Below are positions 38,431-57,679 of a stretch of DNA of 64,000 nucleotides, in pieces. The notes below the pieces were generated by a model. The model made no database searches and had not been told where the DNA came from. It worked only from the letters and a program-made list of their open reading frames with translations. The stretch is from the human T2T-CHM13v2.0 reference genome, Homo sapiens. The position numbers and the translations under genes are program-made. Where the stretch lies: the NCBI RefSeq assembly GCF_009914755.1, contig NC_060928.1; one strand, 5' to 3'. Position 1 is the first letter of the stretch. Each line of letters starts with the position of its first letter.

Positions 38431-39447
38431 CAATTACAGCATACTGGCTTTCAATGTGCTATATATGCGCATAGTTTAAAAAGATTCAGTTATACTCTTC
38501 TGTGAAGCAATCTCTGTTACAAGTTTTTTGGCTTTTCTTTTAATCCTTCAAAGAATAATTTACTTTCGAACATTGATAGGAAAGCAACTCACTTTGGTTT
38601 TTATTTGTAATATTCAGAGCTGTGCTATGACCATGTTTTAGTCTCTCTTCAGAATCTTCTGATGGCATGCTAACAATTGTAGATGGCAACTGTGTTGGAA
38701 ACTAGGGGATCCCATCTGAGTTGGTCAAAGTCTGTGAGTAAAGTGCTAATTGCTCATGATTACTATGTTATGATTAAGTACAATATGATTAAGTAGACTC
38801 AAACTTCATTCAGAATTTAACCAAATTCTGCAGTTGCTCTCATGAGTACTTTGGTTAGTATGAATGCCTTTTTCATTTTACTATTGGAATTACATTTTCT
38901 TAACTCAAAAACTGTCAGCTATTGTAACAATGACTTTGTTTGTAGTCTTTAAAATTGAAGAAAGAGTACAACATGAATTACTATACATTAGACCTTTGAC
39001 AGTCTGAATGAATTGCTTGAGTTTGGTCTGATTAGTGTACCTAATGTAGAGACTGAGCTTCCTTAAATTGCCAGAGGTGTAAAGTTTCACAAGGTACTGG
39101 TTGCTGTAAAGGAAGAATGACTTTGAGTTAAATAGAGAGTTGATTAAATGCATATATTGACAGTTACTGACTCAGTAAGCTTCATAATTCTAGGAATCAA
39201 TCACTGCTGATTCATATGTTTAGATATATTCATTTCTGTCTTTCTGTTTCTTAGGCCAAAAAGAAAAAAGAAAACCAATATTTAAGAGGTGAGAAAAGTA
39301 ACAGGAATTTCCTATCTATTTATACACATACACACAAACACAACAAACCTGTAGTCTTTGCTGCAGAAGCAGCTTGTTTTTCATTCCATAGGGTATTTTT
39401 TTTTCTGTGCATTGAATTAAAATTTGTAAACAGCAGGAATTGTGGCT

Positions 39448-39907
39448 TGTTAAAAGAAAAACCTTAGACAAATTAAATTTAGCAGAGCTTAATTGAGCAA
39501 AGAATGATTTGTGAATTGGGTAGCCCCTCAACCAGAATAGAGAGGTTCCAGAGCTCTGTGTGGTGAAAGAAGATTATGGATAGAAAAAGGAAAGTGACGT
39601 AGAGAAAATGGAAGTGAGGTACGGAAACAGCTGGATTGATTACAGCTTGAAGTTTGCCTTATCTGAGCATAGGTTGAACAGCTGGCTGTCCTTGATTGGC
39701 TGAAACTTGGTGATTGGCACAAGAGTAGATTACAGTCTGTTTACACATCCAGTTAGGTTACAGTTCACTGTGTATGAAGAAACCTTTAGGTTATAGTTCA
39801 CAATGTATGGAGAAACCTTTAGGTTATAGTTCACAATGTATGGAGAAACCTTTAGACTGAACTTAAAATATGTAAAGAGACAGCTTTAGGCTAAACTTAA
39901 TTTAACA
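39448..39907 (-). mobile_element. MER57-like ERV1 solo LTR
   Basis: TGTTAAA...TTTAACA termini; minus strand begins TGTTAAATTAAGTTTAGCCTAAAGCTG; near-TSD GGCT/GACT. Confidence 0.85.
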
Positions 39908-41179
39908 GACTTTTTGGTTGCCTTTGGATTGGTGGGGCAGGGGAAGAATCTAATAGCAGATATTTGCTTTGCAAGGTCCAAAGATCAATTTTGTTTTCTT
40001 GCTGTCTTCTCGTTATTTTCTCTTGTTTTTTTTTCTTTTTTTTTTCCTGAGCTTTATTTGCATCTCCAGTCCTTTTCTCTATCCTTACTTTTTAATTGAC
40101 TATAATATGGAATTGAATTTTTTAAAAAATCTGTTAAATTTATTTTTAAAAGTTTATTTCTTGGTCTTGCATTTAAAAGGCTGTGAATTGAACCTTTCTT
40201 CTTTAACTAAAAAAAACTGTAATTAAGTGGCTTTTTTCTTAAATATGTTCTCAACTAATTTTCCTCCTTGTAGGTAGCTTAAAGGAAAAAGAAATGTCCT
40301 TTCAGTACTCTCATTACATATTCAGGCAATCCCAATTTGTATGGACAACTAAATTAAAGTAACAAGTGACTCTGACAATTTAGAGAAATGAATTAGTAAA
40401 GTTTAGTAGCATTAAGCACAGGAGGATTTACTTAAGAGAAAAAGCAGGCAAACTTTATAAACACAAGTTGGAGAACTATCAAGTTTGTACATGTCTCACA
40501 GAGATGAAGAATACAGAATAAACCACTGGCCAAATATAAGTTAGATATGTAACACTAACACATAGAATTAGCAAAGAGGATGTTGTGGGTTTATATGGAA
40601 GAAATCTGTTTGTGAGTCACTGGTTAGGAAATCAGAACCTACTTTCCTATAGATGTCAAATGGTAAGGGTGATTGTTCAGTCTGAGAGGTCCCTCCAGGG
40701 CAAGGAACCTTGTCTAATTTATCTTCCATCTCATCCTGTTGCCTTGCATGGAGTCAGGTCTTAAAAAACTCATTTCCGTAGTTCCTGGTTTATAAAGTCT
40801 AATTAACATGTAAGATACCCCAAATTCAAGCCTTTGTCCTATTTTCTTCTTAACCTACTGATGTCAGATGTTTTTCTATTTTGGAACATAATACTGTTGT
40901 AGAATATTGTGGAATCATAAGTTACTGATTAAGTTACTGATATCATAAGTACATTGGTAATATATAACCAAGCCCAAAGAACCCTTATTTCATATCAGTT
41001 TGATTTATTTTGGCTGTGACAATCAACTGTTTTCTCTCTCATGAAAATCTCTTTTCTTGAGGCTTCTTATTCTCCTTCTCAATCTCCTTCTTGAAATCTT
41101 GTCTCTCTCTGCACCTAAATGCTAGTGTTCTCTAGGGTATTATGCTCTCTATCTGCAAGCCTACACACCTATTGGCTAA

Positions 41180-41765
41180 CATGGTAGGCAGAATAATTAT
41201 TCCCCAAAGATTTCCATGCCCTAATTCCTGGAATCTGTGAATATGTTATATTACATGGCAAAAGGAACACTGGACTTATATTATGGACCTCAAAATACAT
41301 ATATACATTGGGTGGACCCACTGTAATAACATGGGCACTTAAAAGAGGAAGAGGAAGACAGAGCAGTCAGTTAGAGAGATGCAGTGGAAGAGGCAGGAGG
41401 TATTTGATTATGAGAGATTCCACTTGCTGTTATTGGCTTTGAAGATGGAGAAAGTGGACCACAAACCAAGGAATGTGGGTGGCCTCTGGAGTCTGTGAAT
41501 AGCCCTCAGCTGACAGTCAACAAGGAAACACAGGTCTCAATCTTAAGTCTTCAAGAAACTGCATTCTGCTAACAACCCGAATGAGCAAAGAAATTGATTC
41601 TCTTTTAGACTCTCAGAAAGTAACTTAGCCCTGCCAACACTTTGATTTTAGCCTACAGAGATCTATGTTAGGCTTCTGATCTAGGAACTTTAAGATAAGA
41701 AATGTGTATTATTTTAAGCCACTAAGTCATGATAGTTTGCACAGCAACAGTAACAAACTATTGCA
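41180..41765 (+). mobile_element. MLT1D-like MaLR solo LTR inside an L2
   Basis: tggtaggcagaataat..ccccaaaga..cctaattcctggaatctgtgaatatgtt...ttttaagccactaagt. Confidence 0.8.
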
Positions 41766-43208
41766 GCTAATGACTCTCAAATTTAAATGACTATCTCAGA
41801 TCTTTCTCTGAACTAGTCAGTTGCCTATTGGATAGCTTCTCTACAGTATCTGGCTGGAACCTCAAACTCATTACATTGAGATAAAACTCTTTTCCCTAAA
41901 ACCTGCTCATATTTTTTATCTTGATGTTGCTCCTAACCATTCAGACTCCTTAGCCAGAAATCTGGGGGTCAGTTTAAACTCCTTTTCTCAAAATACACTA
42001 TTTCTCTACACATCCCTATGCTATATAATTGATACCAAATCATTTTGATTTGGGGTTTATTACCACTGATTTAGGTCAAGCTCCCACCACTTCTCACTTG
42101 GATTTCTCAGGTAATCTCCCAACACATCTTCCTGCCTCTTGTTAAAATGTCTTGGTAATTTATTCTTCTGTTCTATGAAAGTGACCTTTTCAATCAGATT
42201 ATGTTTCTCCTCTACTTCATGGTTTCCCATTGCCATTTCAGTCAAGTTCCAATTTCTAAGCATTACACACAAGGCGCTCTTTATGATCTGATTCCTCTTT
42301 CCTCCCCAACTTTTTAACTCTTTGTGTTCCATAAAACATATCATGCTGTCCAGCTGTATTAAATGGCTTGCATTTTCTTGAACATGTGCTATGTATGCCA
42401 TCAGTGCCTTGTACATACTTTTTTATCTGACTGGAAGGCCCTCCTTTCTTTGTTTCCCTAACTCCTACTTCTTTAGTCTTCAACTGAATTGTCACTTTAG
42501 TTAGGGGCTCAGTAAATGTTGGTTTAAAGAGTAAATGAGAAGAATGCCAAAGAATAAGAATTGTGAACCACTGAAGTGGATTTTTACACGAATTTCTAGA
42601 GTCCCTTTCCCTAAAGGACAATTTTAGATGGCAATGTTTCTGGAATAGTTTGAGGGTAGCCTTTTGTTAGTTTTATGTAAATGCTAAGAAGAGAGCATTT
42701 GAGTTTGGTATTTGGAGTAGGAATAGACAGGAACTCACTAAAGAGTTACTTCAGAAGAGAAAGTCATTATGGATGATGGTCTCGTATAAGAAAGCTACCA
42801 GACCTACTCATGTAATCATCCACTGTTCTTATCTGCAAGAGGGATTACCCCTTTTAGTTTTGCTTCCTATTTTTTAAAAGCTAAGATATCCTGTTCCAGA
42901 GAGAGTAAGCTTACATTAAAAAGCATTAAGTATCTTTAGTTTTCTTTTAAATTTGACTTATGTTCTAATGATTGTTACTTCATGGGGGTTTCCAACCTTG
43001 GGAAAAAAGTTAATAACTATTTTTTTAGGTTTATTATGAGAACTATACAGTTTAGTCAATATAAAATATACAGTGCCTTGTGTGTAATTAAGTAGTTAAT
43101 AAAGGCTAGCTATTAGTTGTTATAAATTATCGTTATTGCTAAGCATTTAAAAATGATCCACCATTTTGCAGAGATTTAAACATCTCAGAGCATCTCATCC
43201 TTATGTGA

Positions 43209-43522
<314 letters not shown>

Positions 43523-45290
43523 CCAAGTCACATTTCAAATGCTCAGTAGCTACATGTGGTGGCTAGTGGCCATTGAACAATACACTTCTAGCTATTCTCT
43601 CTGTAAGGAATGCTTTCCTACAGCTAATCACTTGTTTAAGTCCCTTACCTCCTTCAGGTTTTTGCTAAATTTCACTCTCTCAGTGAGGCCTACCTTGACC
43701 ACTCTATTTAATACTATAGTGTGCCCCAACTCCCCACACTTCACACTTCTTCATTCTTTATCTCTTTCACTGCGTAATTACTAATTTATTATTTTCATTG
43801 TTTATTGCCTGCCTTCTTTTTCTCTACTACTTCATGGACGGAAGCTTCCTGGAGGCAGGGATTTTTATTTTGTTCACTGACAACATCCCAACACCTAGAA
43901 TAGTGCTTGGCCTATAGTAGGTGCTCAGTAAACATTTGTAGATTAAATGTAATGAAGGAATGAGTCATTGCAAAAACTTGTTACAATTATAAATAAGCAT
44001 ATACTAGATTCAAGACATAATTCAGAAAGAGTTAAAAGCATTGCTGACCAAATCTCTCTTAACTAGGTCTTGAATATATTCTCTGTACCTTATACCATTT
44101 TAAGCTGGGAGTAATGGGGAGAGAAATGAGGAGTTTAAAATGAGATTAAAAGAAGCTTATAATCTGTAGTTAGGAAGACAAGATTCACAAAAAGAAACTA
44201 GGAAAAAATCCTGAATTTTGTTGAAAAAATTAGAAAATGGACTTACAATAAGGTCTCTCCGGTTGTGCCATATATATTCCTTTGATGAGAATTTCCCAAT
44301 AGGTATTTAAGTAGTCATGTATTTATATATCATTATTTGACAGAGACTCGGAGAACATAAAAACAAGAAAGCTAAAAGTAATATAAAGCCTGCACTTGAA
44401 AATTAGTTTAAAACAATGATAGTGAAAAATAGAATAATTTTGGCACTAAACATTGAATTTATACAAATCTTTTAGAGTTTCATGTATTATACAAAGTTCT
44501 GAGGAAAAATTATTTTGAACCTAGAATTATATACTAGCCAACTGTTCATCAGATTCACATTTCAAAAATGAAAGCACTGAAAATGTTTATCTTCCATGCA
44601 TCCTTTTTAAGGAAATAATTTCAGAATATATTCCTACAAAACAAAGATAAATATGAAGCAAAAAGCTGTAGATGCAGTAGCATGAGACAAAAAATAAATT
44701 AAAAAAATAAAACCACTGTAGAGTACAAGAAATGGAAAAAGTACCCAGGGATTCAATTGAAAGATTTTCTAGTCTCCTAGTTGTTGGCCTGGAGAGCAGT
44801 TTGTCCAGGTTAGAACTGGTCTTCAAGAATAAGAACAAAATGGATTCCAAGCAATAGAATTGGAAATAGAAGCACATTAGGTACACGATGGAGACAAATA
44901 CTACTTTTCCCAACAACCACCATGATCACCACTACCATCACCACCAAAAAAGGCACTCAGAAACTAAAGGAAAAATAAAAAATTTTAGTGATCTAAATAC
45001 AAAAGAGACAAAAGTGAGGCATGATTTTAAGGGATTAGTGGAGTATGGGAAAGGAATATTCATTTGATCTTGACATAAAAATGTTTTGTTTTGAGTGTGA
45101 ATAGTGATCATGACATTGAAACAGCAGAGATGGAAATAAAATCCTAACTTGTGTCTTGTCTTTATACTAAAGAATATATAGCTGGTTGCAATAAACTTGC
45201 AGTAAACTATACTTTTGATTTTTAATTTTAGAATAGACCTTTACTTAAAGCATGGCTACAGAACAAAAAGCAAATGTTATTACATTTTGA

Positions 45291-46165
<875 letters not shown>

Positions 46166-46852
46166 GCCTTATTCAAGGACCTCCTGAACCTCCCACACTC
46201 TGATATAACCCTCCAACACACACACACACACACACACACACTCGTTGAAATCATTACCATAGAGACTCCTTGTCCTTGATAAGAATGTGTCTCTCTCACT
46301 GAAATAGGGGGAAAGAAAGTTGAGAATTAAAGCCTAGAGGCCTAAAATCTACCAATAGGATTTGTCCACAAATATAATATTACATTATAATAATATATAC
46401 ATATATGAATATGTTGTATTATATAACATCAATATATTAAATATAATAAAGCAATCTAATCATTATATATTGAATGGTGTAGGGATAATACGCATTATTT
46501 TGAAAATACTAAATAGATATATGTTTCATTCCCTTTATAAAGTCTGTCTGTACTCTGTAACCTTTAAGATTATCCTTAGTAGTCTGAAGGAAGGAAAAGG
46601 TTGATAATGCCAGAATAAGAAGTACATAGGATAAAGGTGAAAGAAATAGCACATAGGAAGCAATGCCTAACAGGAATTGGGAGTGGAAGACCTGATTCTA
46701 GAACAGAGAAAAGGAGAAAAGAGAATTCAGACTCCTGTGGCTCCTCTGGACTGAAACCCTAGAAAGCATTGATGTAGGGGTTTAGAAACACCCTAGTAAT
46801 TTTCAGGGAATCTTTTAGCAGCAGAGATTTTTTCTTTTCATACTTCTCCTTG

Positions 46853-47771
46853 TGTTATAGGATCTTTGGGGTGTTGATTTTCTTCCCCTGTAAACCTCTG
46901 TTGCCAGTGGGGCCTTTGCCCCATTTCTTGTCCTGCGTCCAGGAAGAATGAGGTATGCAGACAAATGAAGGGTGAGGAAGAAGAAGAGGAGATTTATTTA
47001 GTGCTGTAACTGCTCAGAAGGAGACCCACAGTGGGTAGCTCCCCTCTGTGGGCAGGCAGGTCGTCTGTCAAGTGTTCAGCTCTCAACAGAGAGGAGGCCC
47101 TGGAGATGGCAGCTTCTCTCTGCTCGCTGGTCATCCTGAGGTCTGCTTTTCTCTGCAGGCAGGTCATTCGGCAGTCTCTGCAGATCTCTGAAGCTATTAG
47201 CAGAGAGCGTAATTAGCAGAGAGGGTAGCTCCTCTCTGCTGCTGGTCATCCCATCTTCTGCTCAGCTCTGGCTGAGCCCGGCTATTTATGGACCTCAGAG
47301 GGGAGGAAGTGCACACTGGTTGGCCCATGGGTGGTCATGGGCAGGCCTGGAAAAGGCACCAGTGTCCACTCCAGTCAGTGGAACTGGCAGCCTGGGCCCC
47401 AGCCTTCAGGCCCTCCCTGACCTGACAGAAGGACCTTACTGGAGACCCACCCCCTTCCACGTGGGACTCTGCCTCCTACTACTCATGACGCCCAGGCTCA
47501 GCCTGACTTTGCTCCAAGATTGGAGCAGGAGCCAACAGCAGGGAGAAGCCAAGCAGTGGGAGCAGGCACTTTTAAGCTTGTGAGGGCAGGGGGGCCTTCC
47601 CAGGCCCCCAAGAGTGCAGGGATACCTGAGTCTGCTGCCATAGTTTGGGCAGTTGCACCCCTGCCCAGGAGGGCAGGGCTCCTGCCTGCTCTGTGGAACA
47701 GGCAGCCCTGGCCACACCTTCCTGCCACAGCTGGGATGATGGCAGGCCAACTGGAGTGGCTGCCACCATCA
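46853..47771 (-). mobile_element. MER52-like ERV1 solo LTR with TSD CTTG
   Basis: Termini TGTTATAGGATC...TGCCACCATCA; CTTG at 46849-46852 and 47772-47775; GC-rich interior. Confidence 0.85.
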
Positions 47772-49049
47772 CTTGGGCAAACTGGAGAATTTTTAAGGTC
47801 TCTTAGAAAAAGCATTATATTTAACAAGTTGAACATAACAAAGTAGCAGAATGAGTTGGGAAAGGACAAAAGATTCTCTCCAGTTTTCTAAAATCAAAGT
47901 TGTCATGATAGAATTCCTAGGTTTCCCTTTGGGCTTAGGGAAGGTAACTGGGGTACAAACCAGTTTATGATCTTCTTTAAGAAGATGCCCGCCAAGGGCA
48001 AAGGAGTGCATCTTGAGTTTGTGGGAGGCCCACCGAACAGGGTGAAAGGACATAGAAATTGTTTGTCTTTAGAATGCCCAATGCCAGGAGGCTACGATGG
48101 GGGAATTTAGCAAACATTTTCCCAAAATCTATAAAAAAACACTAAATTACTGAGCTAGCAATTAAATGTCACCATTGCTGGAGACCAGACTAACAGCTAG
48201 AACTAACAGAGAACAGAGAACAAACTACAATTTTTCCCAGTGTCAGTATGTCATAGTGTGAGGAATCATGTGCAAAAAGGAATATGTATTTCTCTTTATT
48301 GGAAATCAACGTAGTTCACAAACCCCCATGTAAAACACTAATCTTGTCAGTTAAAATTTGGTAACAGTAAAAACACTTAATCTTGTCAATTAAAATTTAG
48401 TCACTTCAAAGTTGAAAGTTTTCTTTGAATAAATATTTAAATTCAGAGTTCTTTTTCTTCCTAAGAGCAGTGGCCTGCCATTGAAGAAATATCTTGTTCT
48501 GGTGCTGACCTCTAGCGGTCATTGGCCTTCCCCGAGGTATCTGATCCTGCTTGGTCTTTGGCTGATAGAAATTTGCACTCACCACTGTAATGTTGTGCCT
48601 TGGCATCCAGTCTCTAAAATATAAATACCTTGTATTTATCTTACCACAACCCTAGGCTCCTTTGACTCACCTAGTTCTCTTTCCTCATCATTCATGGGCC
48701 ATTGCATTACAGATACTTTACTGTGGTAGTCTTCAAATTGGGATACATATATATCTGGGGGTACACAAATTTCAGGGAGTATGTAGGCAAGATAGTTTTT
48801 GTTGTTGTTTGTTAAAATTTGCCTTATTTAGGTATGACTTATGTAAATAAAATTCACAAATTTGAAGTGTACAGTTCTGTGACTTTTGACAAATGTATAT
48901 CATCATGTAACATCTACTACAATCATGATATAAAACATTTCATCACCCAAAAAATGTGTTCCCTCATGCCCATATTGTGGCATGTATTAATAGTTTATTC
49001 TTTTTCAAAGCATGTTTATTGAGATACAATTCACATACAATACCATTCA

Positions 49050-49470
49050 TTAAGGAAGACTGGATAAAGAAAATGTGGTACATATATACCATGTAATACT
49101 ATGCAGCCATAAAAAAGAATGAGATTATGTCCTCTACAGGAACATGGATGAAGCTAGAGGCCATTATCCTTAGCAAACTCATGCGGGAACAGAAAACCAA
49201 ATATCACATGTTACCACTTGTAAGTGGAAGCCAAATCATGAGAACACATGGACACAAAGGGGGGACCAACAGGCAGTGGGGCCTACTTGAGGGTGGAGGG
49301 TGGGAAGGGGAAGAGGATAGAGGATAAAAAAAAAAATAACTGTTGTGTACTAGGCTTAGTACTTGGGTGATGAAGTAATGGGTACAACAAACCCCTCTGA
49401 CACGAGTTTACCTATATAACAAACCTACACATGTACCCTTGAGCCTAAAATAAAAGTTTAAAAGAAAAAA
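49050..49470 (+). mobile_element. L1PA/L1PB 3' end nested in older L1M
   Basis: ggataaagaaaatgtggtacatatatacc...atggatgaagctagaggccattatccttagcaaact...cctaaaataaaagtt. Confidence 0.85.
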
Positions 49471-50001
49471 AATTCATTCATGTAAAGTATTCACTTGTAT
49501 GGGTTTTGTTTTTGTTTTTGTTTTTAAGAAATGAGGTCTCACTGTGTTGCCCCAGTGGCATTGAACTCCTAGGCTCAAGTGATCCTCCTTTAGCTACTCC
49601 AACCACTGTGCATGGCTTAAATAGTTTTTATTGTGTGTACAGATTTGTGCAACCATCACTGCAATCATTTTTAGAACTACTGATACATGCAACAACATTG
49701 ATAGATTTCATAGTGTTATGCTAAGAAGTTAGTCATAAAAAATTACATACTGACTGTATGATAATAGTTAACATGTCATGCTGGGAAAGGCAAAACTGGT
49801 GACAGGAAGAAGATCAGTGACTTCCAGAGCCTTGGGTGAAGGGAGGAGATTGACTACAAAGGACATGTGGTGACTTTTTTGGGGAGATGAAATGTTTTCA
49901 TTACTCTAAAAAGAAGCCTAGTACGCATTAACAGTCTTCCTCATTTCCCCATTATACGTCCAGCCCTAAAAAAATCAATAATCTACTTTCTGTCTGTATA
50001 G

Positions 50002-50353
<352 letters not shown>

Positions 50354-51199
50354 TAATTCCTTTTTATTGTGGAATAATATTCCAGTGTGTGGGTATATCA
50401 CAGTTTGTATATCCATTTACTAGTTGGTGGACATTTGGACTGAAATCTAGACCACTTTTTGACTATTATATTTATAGATATATTTATATTTATATTATAT
50501 TATAGATAATACTGCTATGAACATTTGTGCACAAGTGATTGTGTGCACATATAACATACCCAAGATGTAGGCCTCAGAGTGGAATTTCTGGATCTTGGGC
50601 ATATACCCAAGATATATGCCTAGGAGTGGGGAAATTTCTGGATCATGTAGTAACCCTATGTTTAACATTTTGAGGACATTTGTTCCTTTTTATTGCTGAG
50701 TGTTATTTCATTTGTTTATCCATTTACCAGTTGATGACATTTGGGTTGTTTCTACCTTTTGACTATTATGAATCAACCTGCTGTGAACATTTGACAGGTG
50801 TGAACATACACTTTAATAATTTCTTTTAAGTATAATGAATTCCTGTTCTTTTAAGTATAATGAATTCCTGTAAGTAGAATTACGGGGTCATATGGTAAAT
50901 ATATAAGTTTAACTTTATGAAAACTGCCAAATTGTTTAAAAAATAGCTGTATCATCTTGCATTCCCATCAGTAATGTATGAAAGTTTCAGTAGCTCCATA
51001 TTCTCATCAACATTTTATGTTGTTAGTCTTTAATTTTAGCCATTCTAGTGGATGTATAGTGGTTTTAATTTGCATTTACCTGATGCTAATAATGTTGAAC
51101 ATCGTTTTCTACTTGTTTGTCATTTATATATCTTCCTTTGTGAAGTGTCAGTTCAGATCTTTTGCCCGTAATCATTCAATAAAATAATCATTTTATCCT

Positions 51200-53880
<2,681 letters not shown>

Positions 53881-55280
53881 AGAAATTTGGTTAAAAACTG
53901 GAACAAAACAGGAATGGAGGCCAGCGACAGGAGAACTTCTCTACCTCATTTCCTGTAGGCCTACATGCTTGGAACTTAAAAGCAGGTTGTTGTGAGCCTA
54001 AGGCCTGAAGACATGCAAACTTTCTTTTTTCTTTCTAACCAAACTCCTGCTTTTTAAAAAATCATATTATTTCTGGGAGTGAGTCTGTGCTGTGTATTTA
54101 ATCTTGGATTGCCAAGCCAGTGAGGTGGGAAAAGGTTGGAACATATCTCTATTCTAAAGAGTAGAGTTGGATTTTGTAAATATAGGTGTATTTCATGATA
54201 ATTTAAAATGTTTTCTTGAAGTAATATATGTGTGTACAAAAAAAACACATATCATAAGTATATAGCTCACTGAATTTTCACAAACTGAATTTGTCAATGT
54301 AATTGGCATCCATAGCAAAAAGCAGAACCCAGCTAACATCTCAGATGCTCCTCTGTGCCCTTTCCAGTTACTAGCTACTACCCAGGGTGACCACTATTCT
54401 GACTTCTCATGCCTTGGAAGTGTTTTGCCTAATTTTGTTCTTGATATAAATTAAATCATACAGTATAAACATGCTTGTATCTCTTTTTTTACTCAAAATT
54501 TTGTTTGTGAGATTTATCCACATTGTTATATATGGTCAGAGTTTGTTCGTTTTCATTGCTATATAAAATTTCACTTACAGTCTAACCATTCTACTGTTGA
54601 TGGATATTTGGTTTCCAGTTTGGGGGTTATTATGAATAGTGCTACTATCAACATTCTATTAATGTATTTTGGTGTATGTATGCGTGAATTTCTTTGGACA
54701 TTTTTGTGTTTTTTAAATCCACAGTCAGTGAACCCTAAGTGTTCCTCAGCATTGCAGTCAGTATATTTACCATGTATGCGTTACTCAAATGACAGCTGTA
54801 GTTGCAGGCATTACCAAATCCTTCCCTCCTTAATGTTATCACTGGACTTTGTCTATACTTGGGATTCTTAACATGTTGTATTTTGGTTAAGTATGCGTAT
54901 TCATGTTTTTTATTAGATTTTGAGTGCTTTTTAGTACTTTGTTTTACTTGCTTATGTATCCCGACTCCTGACGAGGTACCTGAAATATAGTAAGCTAGTT
55001 GAGCGAATGGTGATAGCTGTCACCATTGCCAGTGATTAACAGAGCAAGTTTCCCTAGTTATGTGAATCACTTAGCCTAGAGTAAAATCCATGCTTTAGTT
55101 TGATATCTCAGTGTCAAAGGATTAGGAATGGGAAGTCATTTCTCTCTGAGAGAAGCCCAGAACTGTGGGCTCAGAACTGAATGTGCTGTGTGGCTAAAGG
55201 GAATTGCTATGGCTTTACAAGCCTCTTGGAGATTTAAAGTGTTAACAGCAGTGATTCCAAGGCATAGTGTGGGGGGGCCA

Positions 55281-55350
55281 GATATAAATAGCAGAACACA
55301 AGTAGCGTAGTGTGCCACTGCCAAGCTACTGCTGGGGGTGTTTATAAAAA
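55281..55350 (+). promoter_or_regulatory. ART3 proximal promoter candidate (TATA; MEF2-like AT box)
   Basis: TATAAAA at 55343-55349; ATATAAATAG at 55282-55291 (one mismatch to the MEF2 consensus). Confidence 0.55.
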
Positions 55351-55371
55351 GAAAAGCATTCCTGTCTCAGC

Positions 55372-55482
55372 TCTCACTGTCAACAACATCCCATCCTGAA
55401 GACTTGCTTACCACAACTGAGAGTGGGGAGTCAGTTTGAGGCCTAGCATCACTTAAACTTCCTCCAAAGGCACAAAAGCCAG
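55372..55482 (+). other. ART3: ART3 non-coding first exon (5' start approximate)
   Basis: Starts about 25-30 nt after TATAAAA and ends at donor CAG|GTAAAC, 1 kb before the ATG exon. Confidence 0.7.
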
Positions 55483-56552
55483 GTAAACCTTTTGACTTAT
55501 TTACACTCAGACTAAAGAAATGAACAATTTTTAGGAAAATCCTGATCAAAGCTTGCTTAAAACATATTGCCTTGTGACAGATATCTATCATCTTATATTC
55601 AAATCTTTTTTGGAAAGAGAAGTTTAACACAAAGTAGCATGTTGGTACTATATTTTAGTATTTTTAGTAAAAACAAAACAAAACTGCTTCTGAAGAAATA
55701 TGGGAAACTGAGGCCAAAATGATCTATAAAAGGGAAGACTTCTCCCTTCCCCTGTGCTGTTCATTCTCATTTTTAGAATCCAGAATATGGTGATTGGTAG
55801 GGTAAAATAGAAGCTTCATTTGAGTTACATTATCATAAATACTGGGATGAATATTAGGCATTCGGCCAATAGTTGTATAATCTTAGAATTGCTGCCTACC
55901 CAGTTCCTTCTTATTCTTGTTCCCGCCTTCAGAAAGTTATGTAAGACACTTATTTTACCCTCGGGCTTCTCTTGATTGTATTTGGGGGAAGGGGGCCATC
56001 TCTGACAATCCACTGCTTTGTACCACTACTGACCTCATCATCTCCTCTGTCCCACTCAAAAGGGCATGACAATGTGCAAAGAGGATAGAAGAATGGATAA
56101 TGTGCATGGACATATTCCTGGGGAATTCTTAGAAACTGGGAGCTAGGGGACCAATTTGAGACTGCTGTTTTTTAGTCTGATTGTGTTATTTCCTGTGCAC
56201 GCTGAGGGGAGATTTAGAGATGGGAAGAAAATATGACTCCCAGTGACTGTGGTGGGAGAGATGACATGTCTGGAGGAGTATGGAAATGCACAGATTTAAT
56301 CTTGAGCAAATCACTGAAATTCTAAGGTGTTTTTGTTTCCTCGTCTGTAGAATGAGAGCATTAGACCACTAGATAAAGCCTAATGGCTCTTGTAGCCCGT
56401 TAGGAATTTATTGATAATCACTTCCTGACCATCATGCTATCCACTCACATTCTAAATGAAAAAATACGCAGTGTCATCCTATTCTACTTCCCTACACCTC
56501 TTTTTTGAGTCTACTGAATTGAAATTTCTTTATTTTAATTTAGAAGAGAAAA

Positions 56553-56966
<414 letters not shown>

Positions 56967-57679
56967 TGGAATGGAAATTCTTGATATAACATTACCTGAG
57001 GCATCTGTGTGGCTTGATGGTGGAAATGAAAGTAGGTAGGATAGGTAAATTAATTATAAGTAGCTCTTTTCATTTTAAATATGTGACAGATTAACTGTAA
57101 AAAGTTGAAAAAATTAAAATTAAGCAAAAAGAGGAAAGTAAAGATTATTCATAATTCCTCCACTCAGAGGGAATGATTCCCAACCTGTTGGTGTATACAG
57201 GCTTCTTGGCTTTTTTCTATGTGTATACTGTTTTTAATTTACAAAAATGGGTTCACACTGTACATAGAATTTTTTCTTTGCATTTTAAGTTAATACTATG
57301 CTGCATGTCACGCATGTCATCAGATATTCTGAATATATGTTTTTCTCCAAATAAGATAATGCTGCATTGTTTGATTACATGTTTTTTAATTAATGACCAT
57401 TTTCCCACATTTTTTTTCTGGCAGAACTTTTATGATTTTATTTGCAATTGACTCTTTAAGCATCCTGTAACATATTTTTATGTAAAATATAATATTTCAC
57501 TTGATTTTTTTTCCCCACGTTGTTAGCTGCCACATTACTTGTGGGTATTTGTGCACCATTTTAGATGCCTTTTTAAAAATATCTTAAATTCTTAAACTGT
57601 TATCCTTTTTTGAATTTAATATTCTAATCCATTTTCTATAGAATCATTGTGTATCCTGTTTCCTGTGTCGCAGTATGTT

